A stretch of DNA of 64,000 nt, taken from positions 9,256-73,255 of the forward strand of contig DASSMS010000142.1 in NCBI GenBank assembly GCA_035688575.1. Reading direction: 5' to 3'. Positions 9,527-20,270 of this stretch are shown piece after piece. A program made the translations under genes and the position numbers. Origin of the DNA: Nocardioidaceae bacterium (lineage in GTDB: Bacteria > Actinomycetota > Actinomycetes > Propionibacteriales > Nocardioidaceae). The notes under the pieces were generated by a model. The model was not told where the DNA came from and did no database searches. It was given only the letters and a program-made list of their open reading frames with translations. Positions within the stretch are counted from its first letter, which is position 1. Every line of letters begins with the position of its first letter.

Positions 9527-9730
9527 TCAGGCCTCGCCACCCTGGTCCGGGTCGTCGTACTCGTCGTGACGCTCGTCCTCCCGTTCCTCGGCTTCGCGGA
9601 CCAGGCGCCACGCGCGCGCCATCACGTCCGTCGCGTCTCTCGGCTCATCCAGCTCCTCGTTCGCCAGGTCGAGCGCCCAGTCGGGGGGCTGGAGGCCGTC
9701 CTGGGGCTCGTTCGGGGTGGTGGTCACCAT
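9527..9730 (-). CDS. Small acidic hypothetical protein
   Basis: 67 aa, GC-rich third positions, GAAGGGGG upstream of ATG. Confidence 0.6.
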   Translation of the reverse strand: MVTTTPNEPQDGLQPPDWALDLANEELDEPRDATDVMARAWRLVREAEEREDERHDEYDDPDQGGEA

Positions 9731-9801
9731 GCGACCCCCTTCTGCTGGCTGAGAACGGTGCGCTTGCTCCCGACAGTACGCGCCGTCCCCGCACCGCGAC
9801 G

Positions 9802-10869
9802 CTAGCCGTCCTCCCAGTTCGCGGCGTTCTTACGGCTGGGCTGCACCCGGGGCGGCTCGCCAGGCATCTTCGGGTAGTCCGGCGGGTAGGGCATGTCGCC
9901 AAGGCCCTGCTCCTCGTCGCGGGCGTACATCTCCAGCAGCGGCTCGAGCGAGAAGCGCTCGTCGTCGATGCGCGCATGCGGGTCGCCGACGTCGGCGAAG
10001 CGAGTCGGGACCGTGTGGAGGTTGAAGGCCCTCGGGTCCACCTCGGGCAGCTCGTCCCACGTCACCGGCGTGGACACCGGCGCCCCGGCGATGGGACGGA
10101 GGCTGTAGGCGCTGGCGATGGTCCGGTCCCGCGAGTTCTGGTTGTAGTCGACGAAGACCCGCTCGCCGCGCTCCTCCTTCCACCAGCTGGTGGTGACCCC
10201 CGGCGTACGACGCTCGAGCTCTCGCCCGAACGCGATCGCCGCATGCCGCACGTCGGTGAAGGTCCACTGCGGCTCGATGCGCACGTAGACGTGCACGCCG
10301 CGGTTCCCGCTGGTCTTGGGGAAGCCGCGGAGGCCCAGCTCCTCGAGCAGCTCTCGCGCGACACCGGCGACCCGCACCGCGTCGGCGAACCCGGTCCCGG
10401 GCTGCGGGTCGAGGTCGATGCGCAGCTCGTCGGGGTGGTCCACGTCGTCACGGCGCACGGGCCACGGGTGGAAGGTCAAGGTGCCCATCTGTGCCGCCCA
10501 CGCGACCACGGCGGGCTCGCTCGGGCAGACCTCGTCGGCGAAGCGTCCTGACGGGAACATGATCGAGGCAGTCTCGACGTAGGGCGGCGCCCCCTTGGGC
10601 ACACGCTTCTGGAAGAAGGCGTCACCGTGCTCCCCGGACCTGGTGCTCAGCGTGATGCCCTCGTGGACCCCTTTCGGCCAGCGCTCGAGGGTGGTCGGGC
10701 GGCGGTCGAGTGCGCGCATGATGCCGGGAGCCACCGCGAGGTAGTACTCGACGACCATCAGCTTCGTCACCTCCGCGGCCGTCTCGGTCGCGGGGTAGAT
10801 CACCCGGTCGGGGTTCGTGACCCGGACGGTCCGTCCGGCTGCGTCGATCTCGGTCGCGGGGCTCGCCAT
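9802..10869 (-). CDS. Stand-alone LigD-type primase-polymerase (Prim-PolC/PolD-like)
   Basis: FFQKR, ELRIDLDP, KTSGNRGVH, VFVDYNQN, SAYSLR, PVSTPVTW; C-terminal PPDYPKMPGEPPRVQPSR tail. Confidence 0.88.
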   Translation of the reverse strand: MASPATEIDAAGRTVRVTNPDRVIYPATETAAEVTKLMVVEYYLAVAPGIMRALDRRPTTLERWPKGVHEGITLSTRSGEHGDAFFQKRVPKGAPPYVETASIMFPSGRFADEVCPSEPAVVAWAAQMGTLTFHPWPVRRDDVDHPDELRIDLDPQPGTGFADAVRVAGVARELLEELGLRGFPKTSGNRGVHVYVRIEPQWTFTDVRHAAIAFGRELERRTPGVTTSWWKEERGERVFVDYNQNSRDRTIASAYSLRPIAGAPVSTPVTWDELPEVDPRAFNLHTVPTRFADVGDPHARIDDERFSLEPLLEMYARDEEQGLGDMPYPPDYPKMPGEPPRVQPSRKNAANWEDG

Positions 10870-11045
10870 GCGCTCAATCTAGGCGCCAGTACCCCCGGTC
10901 TCACGATCTGTCGAGGACACGCTGCCGAAAAGTCGCAGGAAGCCCGTCTCGTACGGGTTCCTTGCCGGGCGGGATCAGGGAGGTCTACCGGACAGCGCGT
11001 CCGCTCAACGCCGGACCGGTTGGGTGGCGCAGTAGCGTGGGCCTC

Positions 11046-11450
11046 ATGGGTTACCAGGTCTCCAAGAGCGACGACGAGTGGCGCGAGCAGCTCTCTCCCC
11101 AGGAGTACGCCGTGCTGCGCCAAGCGGGCACCGAGCCGGCGTTCACCGGTGAGTACACCGACACGAAGACCACCGGCGTCTACCGCTGCCGGGCCTGTCA
11201 AGCCGAGCTGTTCCGCTCGGACACCAAGTTCGAGTCCCACTGCGGCTGGCCCTCGTTCTACGCACCCCTGGCCGAGGACCGTGTGGAGTACATCGAGGAC
11301 AGCTCCTTCGGCATGAAGCGGGTGGAGGTGCGCTGCGCGAACTGCGGCTCGCACCTCGGTCACGTCTTCGAGGGTGAGGGCTACGGCACCCCCACCGACC
11401 AGCGATACTGCATCAACAGCATCAGCCTGACGCTCGAGCCCGCGGAGTAG
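11046..11450 (+). CDS. msrB: Peptide-methionine (R)-S-oxide reductase
   Basis: GTEPAF, CxxC pairs, CGWPSF, HLGHVF, RYCINS. Confidence 0.96.
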   Translation: MGYQVSKSDDEWREQLSPQEYAVLRQAGTEPAFTGEYTDTKTTGVYRCRACQAELFRSDTKFESHCGWPSFYAPLAEDRVEYIEDSSFGMKRVEVRCANCGSHLGHVFEGEGYGTPTDQRYCINSISLTLEPAE

Positions 11451-11488
11451 TCACTCCCCGATGGCTTCCCCGCCCGGCACCGAACCTC

Positions 11489-12229
11489 TCAAGGGAGGTC
11501 GGTGACGAGCTCCGTGGGAGTGCGACGACGGCCGGTGTAGAAGGGCACCTCTTCGCGGACGTGGCGCCGCGCGTCCGAGCCGCGCAGGTGCCGCATGAGG
11601 TCCACGATCCGGTAGAGCTCGTCGGCCTCGAAGGCGAGCATCCACTCGTAGTCGCCGAGAGCGAAGGAGGCGACGGTGTTCGCCCGGACGTCGGGGTAGC
11701 CTCGCGCCATCTTGCCGTGCTCGGCGAGCATCCGGCGCCGCTCGTCGTCCTCGAGGAGGTACCACTCGTAGGAGCGCACGAAGGGGTACACGCAGACGTA
11801 CTGCTTGGGCTCCTCGTCCGCGAGGAACGCCGGAATGTGGCTCTTGTTGAACTCCGCCGGCCGGTGCAGCGCCATCTGCGACCAAACCGGCTCCAGCCGG
11901 GCGCCGAACGCCGTACGGCGGAAGCGGTGGTAGGCCTTCTGCAGGTCGTCCGAGTCCTCCGCGTGCCACCAGATCATCAGCTCGGCGTCGGCGCGCAGGG
12001 CGGAGACGTCATAGAGGCCGCGGATGCGTACGTCGGACGCCTCGAGGTCCTCGAAGAGCTTCTCGAGCTCGTTGGCCTCGGCGGCCCGGTCGCCGTCACC
12101 GATCACGTCGCGCAGGTGGAACACCGACCACATCGTGTAGCGGATCGTGTCGTTGAGGTCGCGGGCGACCTTCCCCCGGTTCGGGCCGCGGCCGTGGCCG
12201 CTCTCAGCGCTCTGTGCGGAATCGGTCAT
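11489..12229 (-). CDS. hemQ: Coproheme decarboxylase (HemQ/ChdC)
   Basis: [34 protein letters not shown]; directly downstream of hemG. Confidence 0.93.
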   Translation of the reverse strand: MTDSAQSAESGHGRGPNRGKVARDLNDTIRYTMWSVFHLRDVIGDGDRAAEANELEKLFEDLEASDVRIRGLYDVSALRADAELMIWWHAEDSDDLQKAYHRFRRTAFGARLEPVWSQMALHRPAEFNKSHIPAFLADEEPKQYVCVYPFVRSYEWYLLEDDERRRMLAEHGKMARGYPDVRANTVASFALGDYEWMLAFEADELYRIVDLMRHLRGSDARRHVREEVPFYTGRRRTPTELVTDLP

Positions 12230-12233
12230 GCGC

Positions 12234-13670
12234 TCATTCTCCCTGCTGGGCCAAGGCGTCGAGCACCTGGGTGACGGCGGCCTCGGCGGAGGCGATACAG
12301 GCCGGGATGCCCAGCCCGTCGTACGCCGCTCCGCACACGGCGAGTGCACCGGCCTTGGCCACGGACAGGCGCACCTGGCGCACCCGGTCGCTGTGGCCCA
12401 CGGCGTACTGCGGCAGTCCGCCACCCCAACGCTGCACGTGCCAGTCGACCGGCCTCACGGACAGGCCGATCGCGTCGCTGAGCTCCTCGAGCGCGGTCTG
12501 GACGAGCTCCTCGTCCTCGACCTGGAGCACCCGCTCCTCGCGGTGTCGCCCGATGGAGCAGCGCATCACGAGCAGGTCCTCGCCGTTGTCGACGCCTCCG
12601 CCCGCCTCTGCCACCCAGGCCCACTTGGCGAAGGAGTAGGTCGCTCCCTTCACGGCCCTGCCGTCCACGGGCGGCACGAGGAAGCCCGAGCCCGTGACCT
12701 GGGGGAAGTCACGCCGTCGGAACGCCATGGTGACGATCGCCATCGACGCGTACTCCACCTGCGCGAGCTCGAGTGCCGCGTCGGGCGCGACGTCGCTGAG
12801 CAGTCGGGCGGTGGGGGCGGCCGGCGTCGCGAGCACGACGGCGTCGGCCTGGACGATCTCGGGGTCGTGCGCGGAGCCGACAACCAGGTTCCACCCCCCA
12901 CCGGCACGACGCGCAAGGTCGCGGACCGCGGCTCGCGTGCGGACCTCGGCCCCGGAGTGCTCGGCGATGGCCTGTGGGAGCTGCCCGACGCCCCCTACGA
13001 GGCCGGCGAAGACCGGTACGTCGGAGGTGGCCGACGTCGCGGCAGCGGCGGCCCGCAGCATCGACCTGTCCTTCTCCAGGAGCGCCACCACCTGCGGGAC
13101 AGTGGCGCGTGCCGAGAGCTCCCGGGCGTTGCCGGCGTACACCCCACCGAGCAGCGGCTCGACCAGACGGTCCACGACCTCGCGGCCGAAGCGCTCCTCG
13201 ATCAGCCAGCCGACACTCACGTCGCTCTCACCGATCCGGGTCGCGGGCAGGACGGCGTCGAGGGCTGCCCGCGCCAGGCCCGCCTTCGAGATCACGCCGC
13301 TCTCGGCGAGGGCACGCGCGTCGACGGGCACGCCCATGAGCGTGCGCGGCATCGCCACCATCTCGCTGCGGGTCCACAGGTTCGCCGCAATCGTCTCCGG
13401 ATGCACGAGCCGCTCCGCGAGCCCGACCTCACGGGACAGCGAGGTCGCCTCCGGTCGGCGGTTGAGCATCGCCTCGGCACCGACGTCGACGGTGATCCCC
13501 GCGACCTCGGCCAGCGCAAGCTTGCCTCCGACGGACGGGGATCCCTCGAGCACGGTGACCCTGATGTCCGCCGCCTGACGTCTCAGCGATGCCGCGGCCG
13601 CCATCCCGCTGATGCCGGCGCCTACGACGACGACATGGAGGGGTTCTACGGGGGCCGGCCGGGGGTTCAC
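12234..13670 (-). CDS. hemG: Coproporphyrinogen/protoporphyrinogen oxidase (HemY/CgoX type)
   Basis: [11 protein letters not shown] motif, [32 protein letters not shown]. The start (GTG 13670) is approximate. Confidence 0.92.
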   Translation of the reverse strand: MNPRPAPVEPLHVVVVGAGISGMAAAASLRRQAADIRVTVLEGSPSVGGKLALAEVAGITVDVGAEAMLNRRPEATSLSREVGLAERLVHPETIAANLWTRSEMVAMPRTLMGVPVDARALAESGVISKAGLARAALDAVLPATRIGESDVSVGWLIEERFGREVVDRLVEPLLGGVYAGNARELSARATVPQVVALLEKDRSMLRAAAAATSATSDVPVFAGLVGGVGQLPQAIAEHSGAEVRTRAAVRDLARRAGGGWNLVVGSAHDPEIVQADAVVLATPAAPTARLLSDVAPDAALELAQVEYASMAIVTMAFRRRDFPQVTGSGFLVPPVDGRAVKGATYSFAKWAWVAEAGGGVDNGEDLLVMRCSIGRHREERVLQVEDEELVQTALEELSDAIGLSVRPVDWHVQRWGGGLPQYAVGHSDRVRQVRLSVAKAGALAVCGAAYDGLGIPACIASAEAAVTQVLDALAQQGE

Positions 13671-13714
13671 AGGTAACAGAGTCCCAAACCGCCCTGGGCA
13701 TCTCCAAGTCCGGT

Positions 13715-13740
13715 GGAACCGGAGCGAGGTGGCGCGCGTC
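13715..13740 (+). promoter_or_regulatory. Candidate ECF-sigma promoter (GGAACC-N16-CGTC)
   Basis: AAC...CGTC pattern 44 nt upstream of the DUF4349 gene. Confidence 0.45.
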
Positions 13741-13783
13741 ACACCTGCAGCAGATCCGCGTGCAGCCGGGTGGAGGAGGACAC

Positions 13784-14764
13784 ATGCGAACCAGCGTGAG
13801 ATACAGAGGAGCCTGGTGGGCCGTGGTGACGGCGACGATAGTGCTGGTCGCCCTGGCCGGGTGCAGCAGCAGCGCCGACACCATGTCCGGCAGCGTCGCG
13901 GACGGCGGAGGCGGCCTGGCCGCGGAGAGCCGGCCGGCACCGGCAGGTGGCCTGCGTGATGGTGCGGGCGTGGCCGGCAAAGGTTCCGCGAACGGCCTGA
14001 CCGAGGAGAGCGACCGTGCCGGGACGGGTCCCGGGAGCGCGAACCGGCCCGAGGTGTCTGCCCGCGCCGTGATCCGCAAGGGCGAGATCTCGGTGGTCAC
14101 CAAGGAGATGAACCGGGCCCGAGTCGACATCGACGCGATGCTCGGGCGCTACGGCGGCTACCTCGCGAGCGAGGACACCTCGAACGACCGGAAGGGCAGG
14201 CCGGAGCGCTCCGTCCTGGTGCTGCGCGTCCCGGAGCCCGCCTTCGACGAGGTGATGACAGAGCTCGCGAAGGTCGGCCGGACGAGGGGCGCCGATCGAA
14301 GGTCCGAGGACGTCACCGCCCAGGTCATCGACGTGGAGACCCGCGTCGCGACCCAGGAGGCGAGCCTCGTCCGGCTCCGGCAATTCCTGGAGCAGGCGGA
14401 CGACGTCGACGACATGATCCGTGTCGAGTCGGAGATCGCCACCCGGCAGGCCGAGCTCGAGTCCCTCAAGGCACAGCAGAAGTACCTCAGGGACAACACC
14501 GCGATGTCGACGATCACGGTGCGTCTGCGCACCCCTGCCGCTCCCCCACCGCCGCCTGCAGAGGAGGACAGCGGTTTCCTCGCCGGGCTCCAAAACGGCT
14601 GGCGCGTCCTGAAGGTCGTGCTCGTCGGCGCGGCGACGGTGGCCGGCGCGCTCCTCCCGTTCGCGGTCGCGACAGCCCTGGTCGCCGCACCGGTCTGGCT
14701 CCTCGTCCGTGCGGCCCGCCGGAGGCGCCCCGCCCCTCTCCCGCCCGCACCCGAGGCAGGCTGA
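13784..14764 (+). CDS. DUF4349-type lipoprotein
   Basis: Lipobox LAGC; LRVP, SEDVTAQVIDVETR, coiled coil, C-terminal TM. Confidence 0.82.
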   Translation: MRTSVRYRGAWWAVVTATIVLVALAGCSSSADTMSGSVADGGGGLAAESRPAPAGGLRDGAGVAGKGSANGLTEESDRAGTGPGSANRPEVSARAVIRKGEISVVTKEMNRARVDIDAMLGRYGGYLASEDTSNDRKGRPERSVLVLRVPEPAFDEVMTELAKVGRTRGADRRSEDVTAQVIDVETRVATQEASLVRLRQFLEQADDVDDMIRVESEIATRQAELESLKAQQKYLRDNTAMSTITVRLRTPAAPPPPPAEEDSGFLAGLQNGWRVLKVVLVGAATVAGALLPFAVATALVAAPVWLLVRAARRRRPAPLPPAPEAG

Positions 14765-14785
14765 GGCCAGGGCGGGTCGGCAGGG

Positions 14786-15838
14786 TCAGCGAGCGGAGTA
14801 CTCGTGGACGAAGTCGGTCAGCCGCGCGAGCTGGTCGGGGTCGGTGGAGGGCATCACGCCGTGACCCAGGTTGAAGATGTGGCCCGGCGCTGCGCGACCG
14901 GCGTCGACCACCTCCGCGGCCCGCGACAGCATGAGCTCGGTGGGGGCGAAGACCAGGGACGGGTCGAGGTTGCCCTGCACCACCCGCCCACCGACACGCT
15001 CGATCCCCGCGGAGAGCGGCACGCGCCAGTCGACACCGACGACGTCGGCGCCGGCCTCCCCCATCAGCCCGAGCAGCTCGCCGGTGCCGACCCCGAAGTG
15101 GATGCGAGGCACCCCCAGGGTTCCGGCCTGGGCGAGCACGTGCGAGGAGTACGGCATCACGTAGCGCCGGTAGTCGGCCGGCGCCATCGCGCCCGCCCAG
15201 GAGTCGAAGAGCTGTACGGCGGAGGCACCGGCCCCGACCTGCACCTCGAGGTAGGCCGCCGAGATGCCGGCGATCTTGCGCATGAGCGCGTCCCACACGT
15301 CGGGGGCGCCGAACATCATCGCCTTGGTCTTCGCGTGCTCCTTCGACGGGCCGCCCTCGACGAGGTAGGAGGCCACGGTGAACGGCGCGCCGGCGAAGCC
15401 GATCAGGGGCGTGCTGCCGAGCTCTGCGACGAGGCGCTGCACGGACTCGGTGATGAAGTCCACGTGCGAGGGGTCGAGGTCGGGGATCGCCTCGACGTCC
15501 GCGAGCGAGCTGACCGGCTTGGCCACCACCGGGCCCACACCCTGGACGATGTCGAGGTCGACGCCGACGGCCTTCAGCGGCAGGACGATGTCGGAGAAGA
15601 AGATCGCCGCGTCCACCCCGTAGCGCCGCACGGGCTGCATGGTGATCTCGACGACCATGTCGGGACGCATGCACGACTCCAGCATGGGGACGCCCTCGCG
15701 GAGCCTGCGGTACTCCGGCAGGGAGCGCCCTGCCTGCCGCATGAACCACACCGGCGTGTGCGGCACGTCCTCCCCGCGAGCGGCGCGAAGGAAGGCGGAG
15801 GCGTGGAGGTCGGGGTTGGTCTGCGAGGCTGCTGGCAC
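14786..15838 (-). CDS. hemE: Uroporphyrinogen decarboxylase
   Basis: [46 protein letters not shown]. Confidence 0.96.
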   Translation of the reverse strand: MPAASQTNPDLHASAFLRAARGEDVPHTPVWFMRQAGRSLPEYRRLREGVPMLESCMRPDMVVEITMQPVRRYGVDAAIFFSDIVLPLKAVGVDLDIVQGVGPVVAKPVSSLADVEAIPDLDPSHVDFITESVQRLVAELGSTPLIGFAGAPFTVASYLVEGGPSKEHAKTKAMMFGAPDVWDALMRKIAGISAAYLEVQVGAGASAVQLFDSWAGAMAPADYRRYVMPYSSHVLAQAGTLGVPRIHFGVGTGELLGLMGEAGADVVGVDWRVPLSAGIERVGGRVVQGNLDPSLVFAPTELMLSRAAEVVDAGRAAPGHIFNLGHGVMPSTDPDQLARLTDFVHEYSAR

Positions 15839-15907
15839 GTCTTCATCCTCGCAGGTCAGGCGGCGAGTCGAGCCGCCGGTCGTTGCATTCCGGCTTAGCA
15901 TGACCCC

Positions 15908-16507
15908 ATGGCCGCACGACAAGAGCCCCGTGTGGAGGCACCGGCGACGCCCGAGGAGTTCCTCGAGGCGGTCGCTCGGATGCACACCGCACGGCTGCGT
16001 CCGGAGATCTTCTGCGAGGAGATGCCCGCTCCTCAGCGGATCGCGCCCTTCGCCTCGGCTCTGTCCGCGGACGTCACGGTCGACGGCGAGGACGTCGGCA
16101 CCGGACGCATCGTCTTGCTTCACGACCCGGCCGGCAACGAGGCTTGGGGCGGCACCTACCGCTGCGTCGCCTACGCCCGGGCCGAGATCGACCCCGAGAT
16201 GGCCAACGACGCGCTGCTCGGAGAGGTCGGCTGGTCCTGGTTGACCGAGGCTCTCGACGCCCACGGCGCGGAGTACACCTCCCCGTCCGGCACGGTCACC
16301 AAGGTCTCCTCGGAGAGCTTCGGGAGCATGGCGGACGAGGAGGCGACCGCGCAGCTCGAGATCCGCGCGTCGTGGACCCCGCTCGGAGACATCGCCGACC
16401 ACGTCGAGGCGTGGGGCGAGCTGCTGTGCACGGCATCGGGTCTGCCCCCGGTGCCCGAAGGTGTCGCACCGCTGCCGAGCCGACGAGGACAGCGCGGCCG
16501 TAGCTGA
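15908..16507 (+). CDS. DUF3000 family protein
   Basis: [32 protein letters not shown]; usual position between hemE and rnd. Confidence 0.85.
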   Translation: MAARQEPRVEAPATPEEFLEAVARMHTARLRPEIFCEEMPAPQRIAPFASALSADVTVDGEDVGTGRIVLLHDPAGNEAWGGTYRCVAYARAEIDPEMANDALLGEVGWSWLTEALDAHGAEYTSPSGTVTKVSSESFGSMADEEATAQLEIRASWTPLGDIADHVEAWGELLCTASGLPPVPEGVAPLPSRRGQRGRS

Positions 16508-17829
16508 TGCGTCCCGAGAAGGCCCCCGACACCGAACCGGACGACAAGACCGAGGCGGAGGCGGAGACCCCCCAGGCTCCGCTGCTCGAGCTTCGCGACG
16601 GGCTCCCCCCGGTCGCCGACAGCGAGGGTGCGCTCAGCGACATCGTCGAGGCGATCCGCTCCGGCACCGGCCCCGTCGCCGTCGACGCCGAGCGCGCGTC
16701 GGGCTATCGCTACTCCGCACGTGCATACCTCATCCAGCTGCGCCGCGAGGGCTCGGGTTCGGCGCTCGTCGACCCCATCCCGTTCGAGGACATGTCGGCG
16801 CTCGACGAGGCGATCGGCGACGCCGAGTGGATCCTTCATGCGGCGACCCAGGACCTGCCGTGCCTCAACGAGCTCGGCATGCGCCCGGCCGCCCTCTTCG
16901 ACACCGAGCTGGCCGGCCGGCTCCTCGGCTACCCCCGGGTCGGTCTGGCCACTCTCGTGGAGACCATCGTCGGCCGGCGGATGCGCAAGGAGCACTCCGC
17001 GGTGGACTGGTCGACCCGGCCGCTGCCCGAGCCGTGGCTCGAGTACGCCGCCCTCGACGTCGAGGTGCTGATCGAGCTCCGCAACGCCCTCGCCGAGGAG
17101 CTCGAGCGCACCGGCAAGACGGAGTGGGCGCGCCAGGAGTTCCAGCACCTGGTCGACGCGCTCCCCAACGCACCTCGGCAGGATCCGTGGCGGCGCACCT
17201 CGGGCATGCACCGGGCGAGAGGACGACGAGCCCTGGCTGCCGTCCGCGAGCTCTGGGAGGCCCGTGACGCGATCGCCGCGCAGCGCGATGTCACGCCGGG
17301 CCGCATCATCCCCGACTCCGCGATCGTCGAGGCCGCCAACGCCCTCCCTGGCGACCGGGCCGCCCTGCTCGCGCTCAAGGGCTTCAAGGGCCGGGGCGCC
17401 CAGCGCTACGCCAACCGGTGGGTCGAGGCGTTGCGCACCGCACGCGCGCTCCCCGAGAACGAGCTTCCCCCGCTGGCAGCCAGGTACGACGGCCCGCCGC
17501 CGCCGCGCGCCTGGGCCGACCGCGACCCCGTCGCTGCGGCGCGGCTGAGCTCTGCACGCAGCGAGCTCGCAGAGCTGGCCAGGGACCTCAACATCCCCGT
17601 CGAGAACCTCCTCACCCCCGACTTCGTGCGCCGACTGATGTGGGAGCCGCCGGACGTCGAGGAGCACGAGCTCGCCGACGCGGTGAGCGACCGGCTGCGG
17701 TCTCTCGGCGCCCGGGAGTGGCAGGTGGGCCAGACGATCGACGTGCTGACCCGGGCCATCGTCACCGCGCCCGCGAGGGCGGCCTCCCGACCTGAGCAGC
17801 CCGACGAGGCCGATAGCACCGGGTCGTAG
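16507..17829 (+). CDS. rnd: Ribonuclease D (DEDDy exonuclease + HRDC)
   Basis: [42 protein letters not shown] region. Confidence 0.92.
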   Translation: MRPEKAPDTEPDDKTEAEAETPQAPLLELRDGLPPVADSEGALSDIVEAIRSGTGPVAVDAERASGYRYSARAYLIQLRREGSGSALVDPIPFEDMSALDEAIGDAEWILHAATQDLPCLNELGMRPAALFDTELAGRLLGYPRVGLATLVETIVGRRMRKEHSAVDWSTRPLPEPWLEYAALDVEVLIELRNALAEELERTGKTEWARQEFQHLVDALPNAPRQDPWRRTSGMHRARGRRALAAVRELWEARDAIAAQRDVTPGRIIPDSAIVEAANALPGDRAALLALKGFKGRGAQRYANRWVEALRTARALPENELPPLAARYDGPPPPRAWADRDPVAAARLSSARSELAELARDLNIPVENLLTPDFVRRLMWEPPDVEEHELADAVSDRLRSLGAREWQVGQTIDVLTRAIVTAPARAASRPEQPDEADSTGS

Positions 17830-17892
17830 CTCCCGCGGGGTCGCCGACCGCGAATGCCCGGGAACGGGGACCCGCACACCGACCCCGCCCGG

Positions 17893-19206
17893 TCACTCCT
17901 CCTCGGGAGCGAGGATCTCCTGCGACCGGGTGTCGATGGCCTCGAGCAACGCGTCGAGGTCGATGACCGGCGCGTAGAACATGGTGTGGAGGGGGTCCTC
18001 GACCTCGTCGGAGAGCCGGGGCCACACGGCCGCGAACGGCATGGGCTGCGCCCGTCGTACGCCCTCGTTGAAGATGAAGGAGCTCTCGGGCTGCTGCGAG
18101 GGCTGCGCGAAGACGGCCGAGTTGGCGACCTCGAGGTTGGAGGGCACCACGTAGCCGGTGCGGGTCGTGATCGTCGCGCCCTTGCGGCTCACCGCGAAGG
18201 CGACCAGGTCACCCGCGGCCTCGATGTGCTCGGTCTCGGAGGAGATGCAGTAGCCGGTCATGTTGGAGACCGTCCGCACCCGCCCGAGGCTCGGCAACGG
18301 CATGACGTCGAAGTCGAGGCCCTGGCCGGTGCGGAGCTCGGGCGTGAGTGCCCGCGTGCCGAGAATCATGCCGAGCCTGCCGTTCTTGAAACGGGTGACG
18401 GCGTCCCGTTTCTCGAGCTCGCCTGCCGTGGGGGTGACCTGGGGGTCACGGACGAGGGCGAGCACCTGCTCGAGCGCCTCGCGCGAGTCGCCGTCGGAGA
18501 GCGTCAGCGTCGTGGGTGCCTGGACGTCGTCGACGATCTCACCGCCGGCGGACCACACGAACGGCGCCAGTGAGGCGAGCGACGGCTCGAGGTACACGCC
18601 GCTCGCGGGACCCCGCGAGGCCTGGCGAACCGCGGTGGTGAAGGTCTCCCAGTCCCAGCCGTCGAGCGGGGTGGGCGGAGTCTCGGTCTCCTCGACGAGT
18701 CGGCCGAGGTCGACGAGCTCCTTGTTGTAGTACACGACCATGGGTGAGACGTCGTGGGGCATGCACTGGAGCGCGGCGTCCGCGGCGAAGGCGGTCAGCC
18801 CGCCTCGCTGGTAGCCGTCGCCGAAGTCGACCTGGCGCGCCTCGAGCAGTCCGTCGACCGGCTGGACCCGCTGTTCTGCGACGAGACGGGCGACGTGGTC
18901 GTGGTCGATGAGGAAGACGTCGGGAGCCTCACCCCTCTCGACGGCGGTCATCACGTCCTCGGCGTCGTCGTGGCGCTGCACCTCGACCGTGATCTCCGGG
19001 TGCTCGTCGGTGAACGCCTCGGCGAGGTCCTTGTAGGCCTCGAGCATCGCCTCAGGGCCGTAGACGCCGAGGGTCAGCCTCACCGGCTCTGCCGGCGAGC
19101 TGCTGGGGCTCGTGCTGGGTGTCGGTGCCGTTCTAGGCGCCGGGTCCGCGCTCGAGCACCCGGCCACCAGCGCACAGAGCAGGGTGCCGCTCAGGAGTGC
19201 CTTCAC
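17893..19206 (-). CDS. ABC transporter extracellular solute-binding lipoprotein (sugar type)
   Basis: Lipobox VAGC, PDVF, VVYYNKEL, WDWETF. Confidence 0.82.
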   Translation of the reverse strand: MKALLSGTLLCALVAGCSSADPAPRTAPTPSTSPSSSPAEPVRLTLGVYGPEAMLEAYKDLAEAFTDEHPEITVEVQRHDDAEDVMTAVERGEAPDVFLIDHDHVARLVAEQRVQPVDGLLEARQVDFGDGYQRGGLTAFAADAALQCMPHDVSPMVVYYNKELVDLGRLVEETETPPTPLDGWDWETFTTAVRQASRGPASGVYLEPSLASLAPFVWSAGGEIVDDVQAPTTLTLSDGDSREALEQVLALVRDPQVTPTAGELEKRDAVTRFKNGRLGMILGTRALTPELRTGQGLDFDVMPLPSLGRVRTVSNMTGYCISSETEHIEAAGDLVAFAVSRKGATITTRTGYVVPSNLEVANSAVFAQPSQQPESSFIFNEGVRRAQPMPFAAVWPRLSDEVEDPLHTMFYAPVIDLDALLEAIDTRSQEILAPEEE

Positions 19207-19404
19207 CCCACGACCGACTGCCACCTGACCTGCCTCCTGATGTGCTTGCTGCCCTGGACCTCGGGCGGAACCTGTGCCCACGGTACCGGCCACCACCCAC
19301 CCGGCGGTTGCCGGCGCGGCACGGCGTGGCGATCACCACACCGTCCTCGCTCGCCGTAGGTTGTCAAGGCTCAGGCACCTCGTCCGACCCCGGAGGAACA
19401 CCCG

Positions 19405-20232
19405 ATGCCGAACCGTCGCACCCGGCCCGACCTCGGCCTCGGCGCCGCGGTCCTCCTCGTCGTCCTCGCCGGGTGCTCGACCGGGGGCGACGCCCGCTCG
19501 GCCGCCTCTGCACAACCCGAGTCAGCCGCCACGTCTGCCTCGGTCAAGCCGTCCGCATCGGCACGCCCGGCGACACCGACCGGATCCGCATCGCCGAGCG
19601 CGCTGCCCACGGAGTCCGTGGAGGCAACCCCGACCGCGGCCACGTCCCCGTCGAACGTGCCCGTCGTGGCGGGCAACAAGACGCTTGCCGACCGGCTTCT
19701 CACCGCCGCGGAGCTGCCCGGACTGAACGAGCGCCTCACCTGGCGCGAGGTCCGAACCCGCAAGAACGAGGGAAAGCAACCGTTCGGCACCTGTCACAAG
19801 TTCGCGATGACCTCGATCGGCGCGGTGCGCGTCGTGGTCCGGGAGTACGCACCGAACGGGGCCGGGCAGGAGACCGCGAGCCACCTGGTCGCGGAGTTCG
19901 CCGACCAGGAGACAGCCAGGCGGGCCTACGAGGTACTGAAGTCGTGGCGCGGGCAGTGCGAGGAGGAACTCTCGGACCACGATCGGCGCGACGTCGGCGG
20001 TTTCCGGTCCGTGGGGGCCGAGGGCGCAGACGCCGGGTGGTACCTGCTCGTCTACGGCCCGCCGGAGGGCGGCAGCACCGACCAGGCCTACTTCGACGCG
20101 CAGGGAGTCACCCTGGTCGGCAAGCGGGTCTCGGTACTCCAGATGCGCACCGTCGCACAGGACCACGACCACCAGCCCGGCAAGGATCCGATGGTCCAGG
20201 CGGTGCGCGCCGCCTCCGCGCAGCTCGGCTGA
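19405..20232 (+). CDS. Hypothetical lipoprotein (Ser/Pro/Ala linker + sensor-like domain)
   Basis: Lipobox LAGC, low-complexity linker, LLTAAELP, two Cys; GGAGG RBS. Confidence 0.7.
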   Translation: MPNRRTRPDLGLGAAVLLVVLAGCSTGGDARSAASAQPESAATSASVKPSASARPATPTGSASPSALPTESVEATPTAATSPSNVPVVAGNKTLADRLLTAAELPGLNERLTWREVRTRKNEGKQPFGTCHKFAMTSIGAVRVVVREYAPNGAGQETASHLVAEFADQETARRAYEVLKSWRGQCEEELSDHDRRDVGGFRSVGAEGADAGWYLLVYGPPEGGSTDQAYFDAQGVTLVGKRVSVLQMRTVAQDHDHQPGKDPMVQAVRAASAQLG

Positions 20233-20270
20233 TCCGCGGGGCGGCGACGTCCCGTCCGACCCTCACGAGG

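Noticed and set aside
10935-10965. Imperfect hairpin in the Prim-Pol/msrB divergent gap
   Set aside because: Single stem with a mismatch and wobbles; no promoter or terminator context to support a function.
11228-11240. GTTCGAGTCCC, resembling a tRNA T-arm
   Set aside because: Lies inside msrB (KFESH) with no cloverleaf around it.
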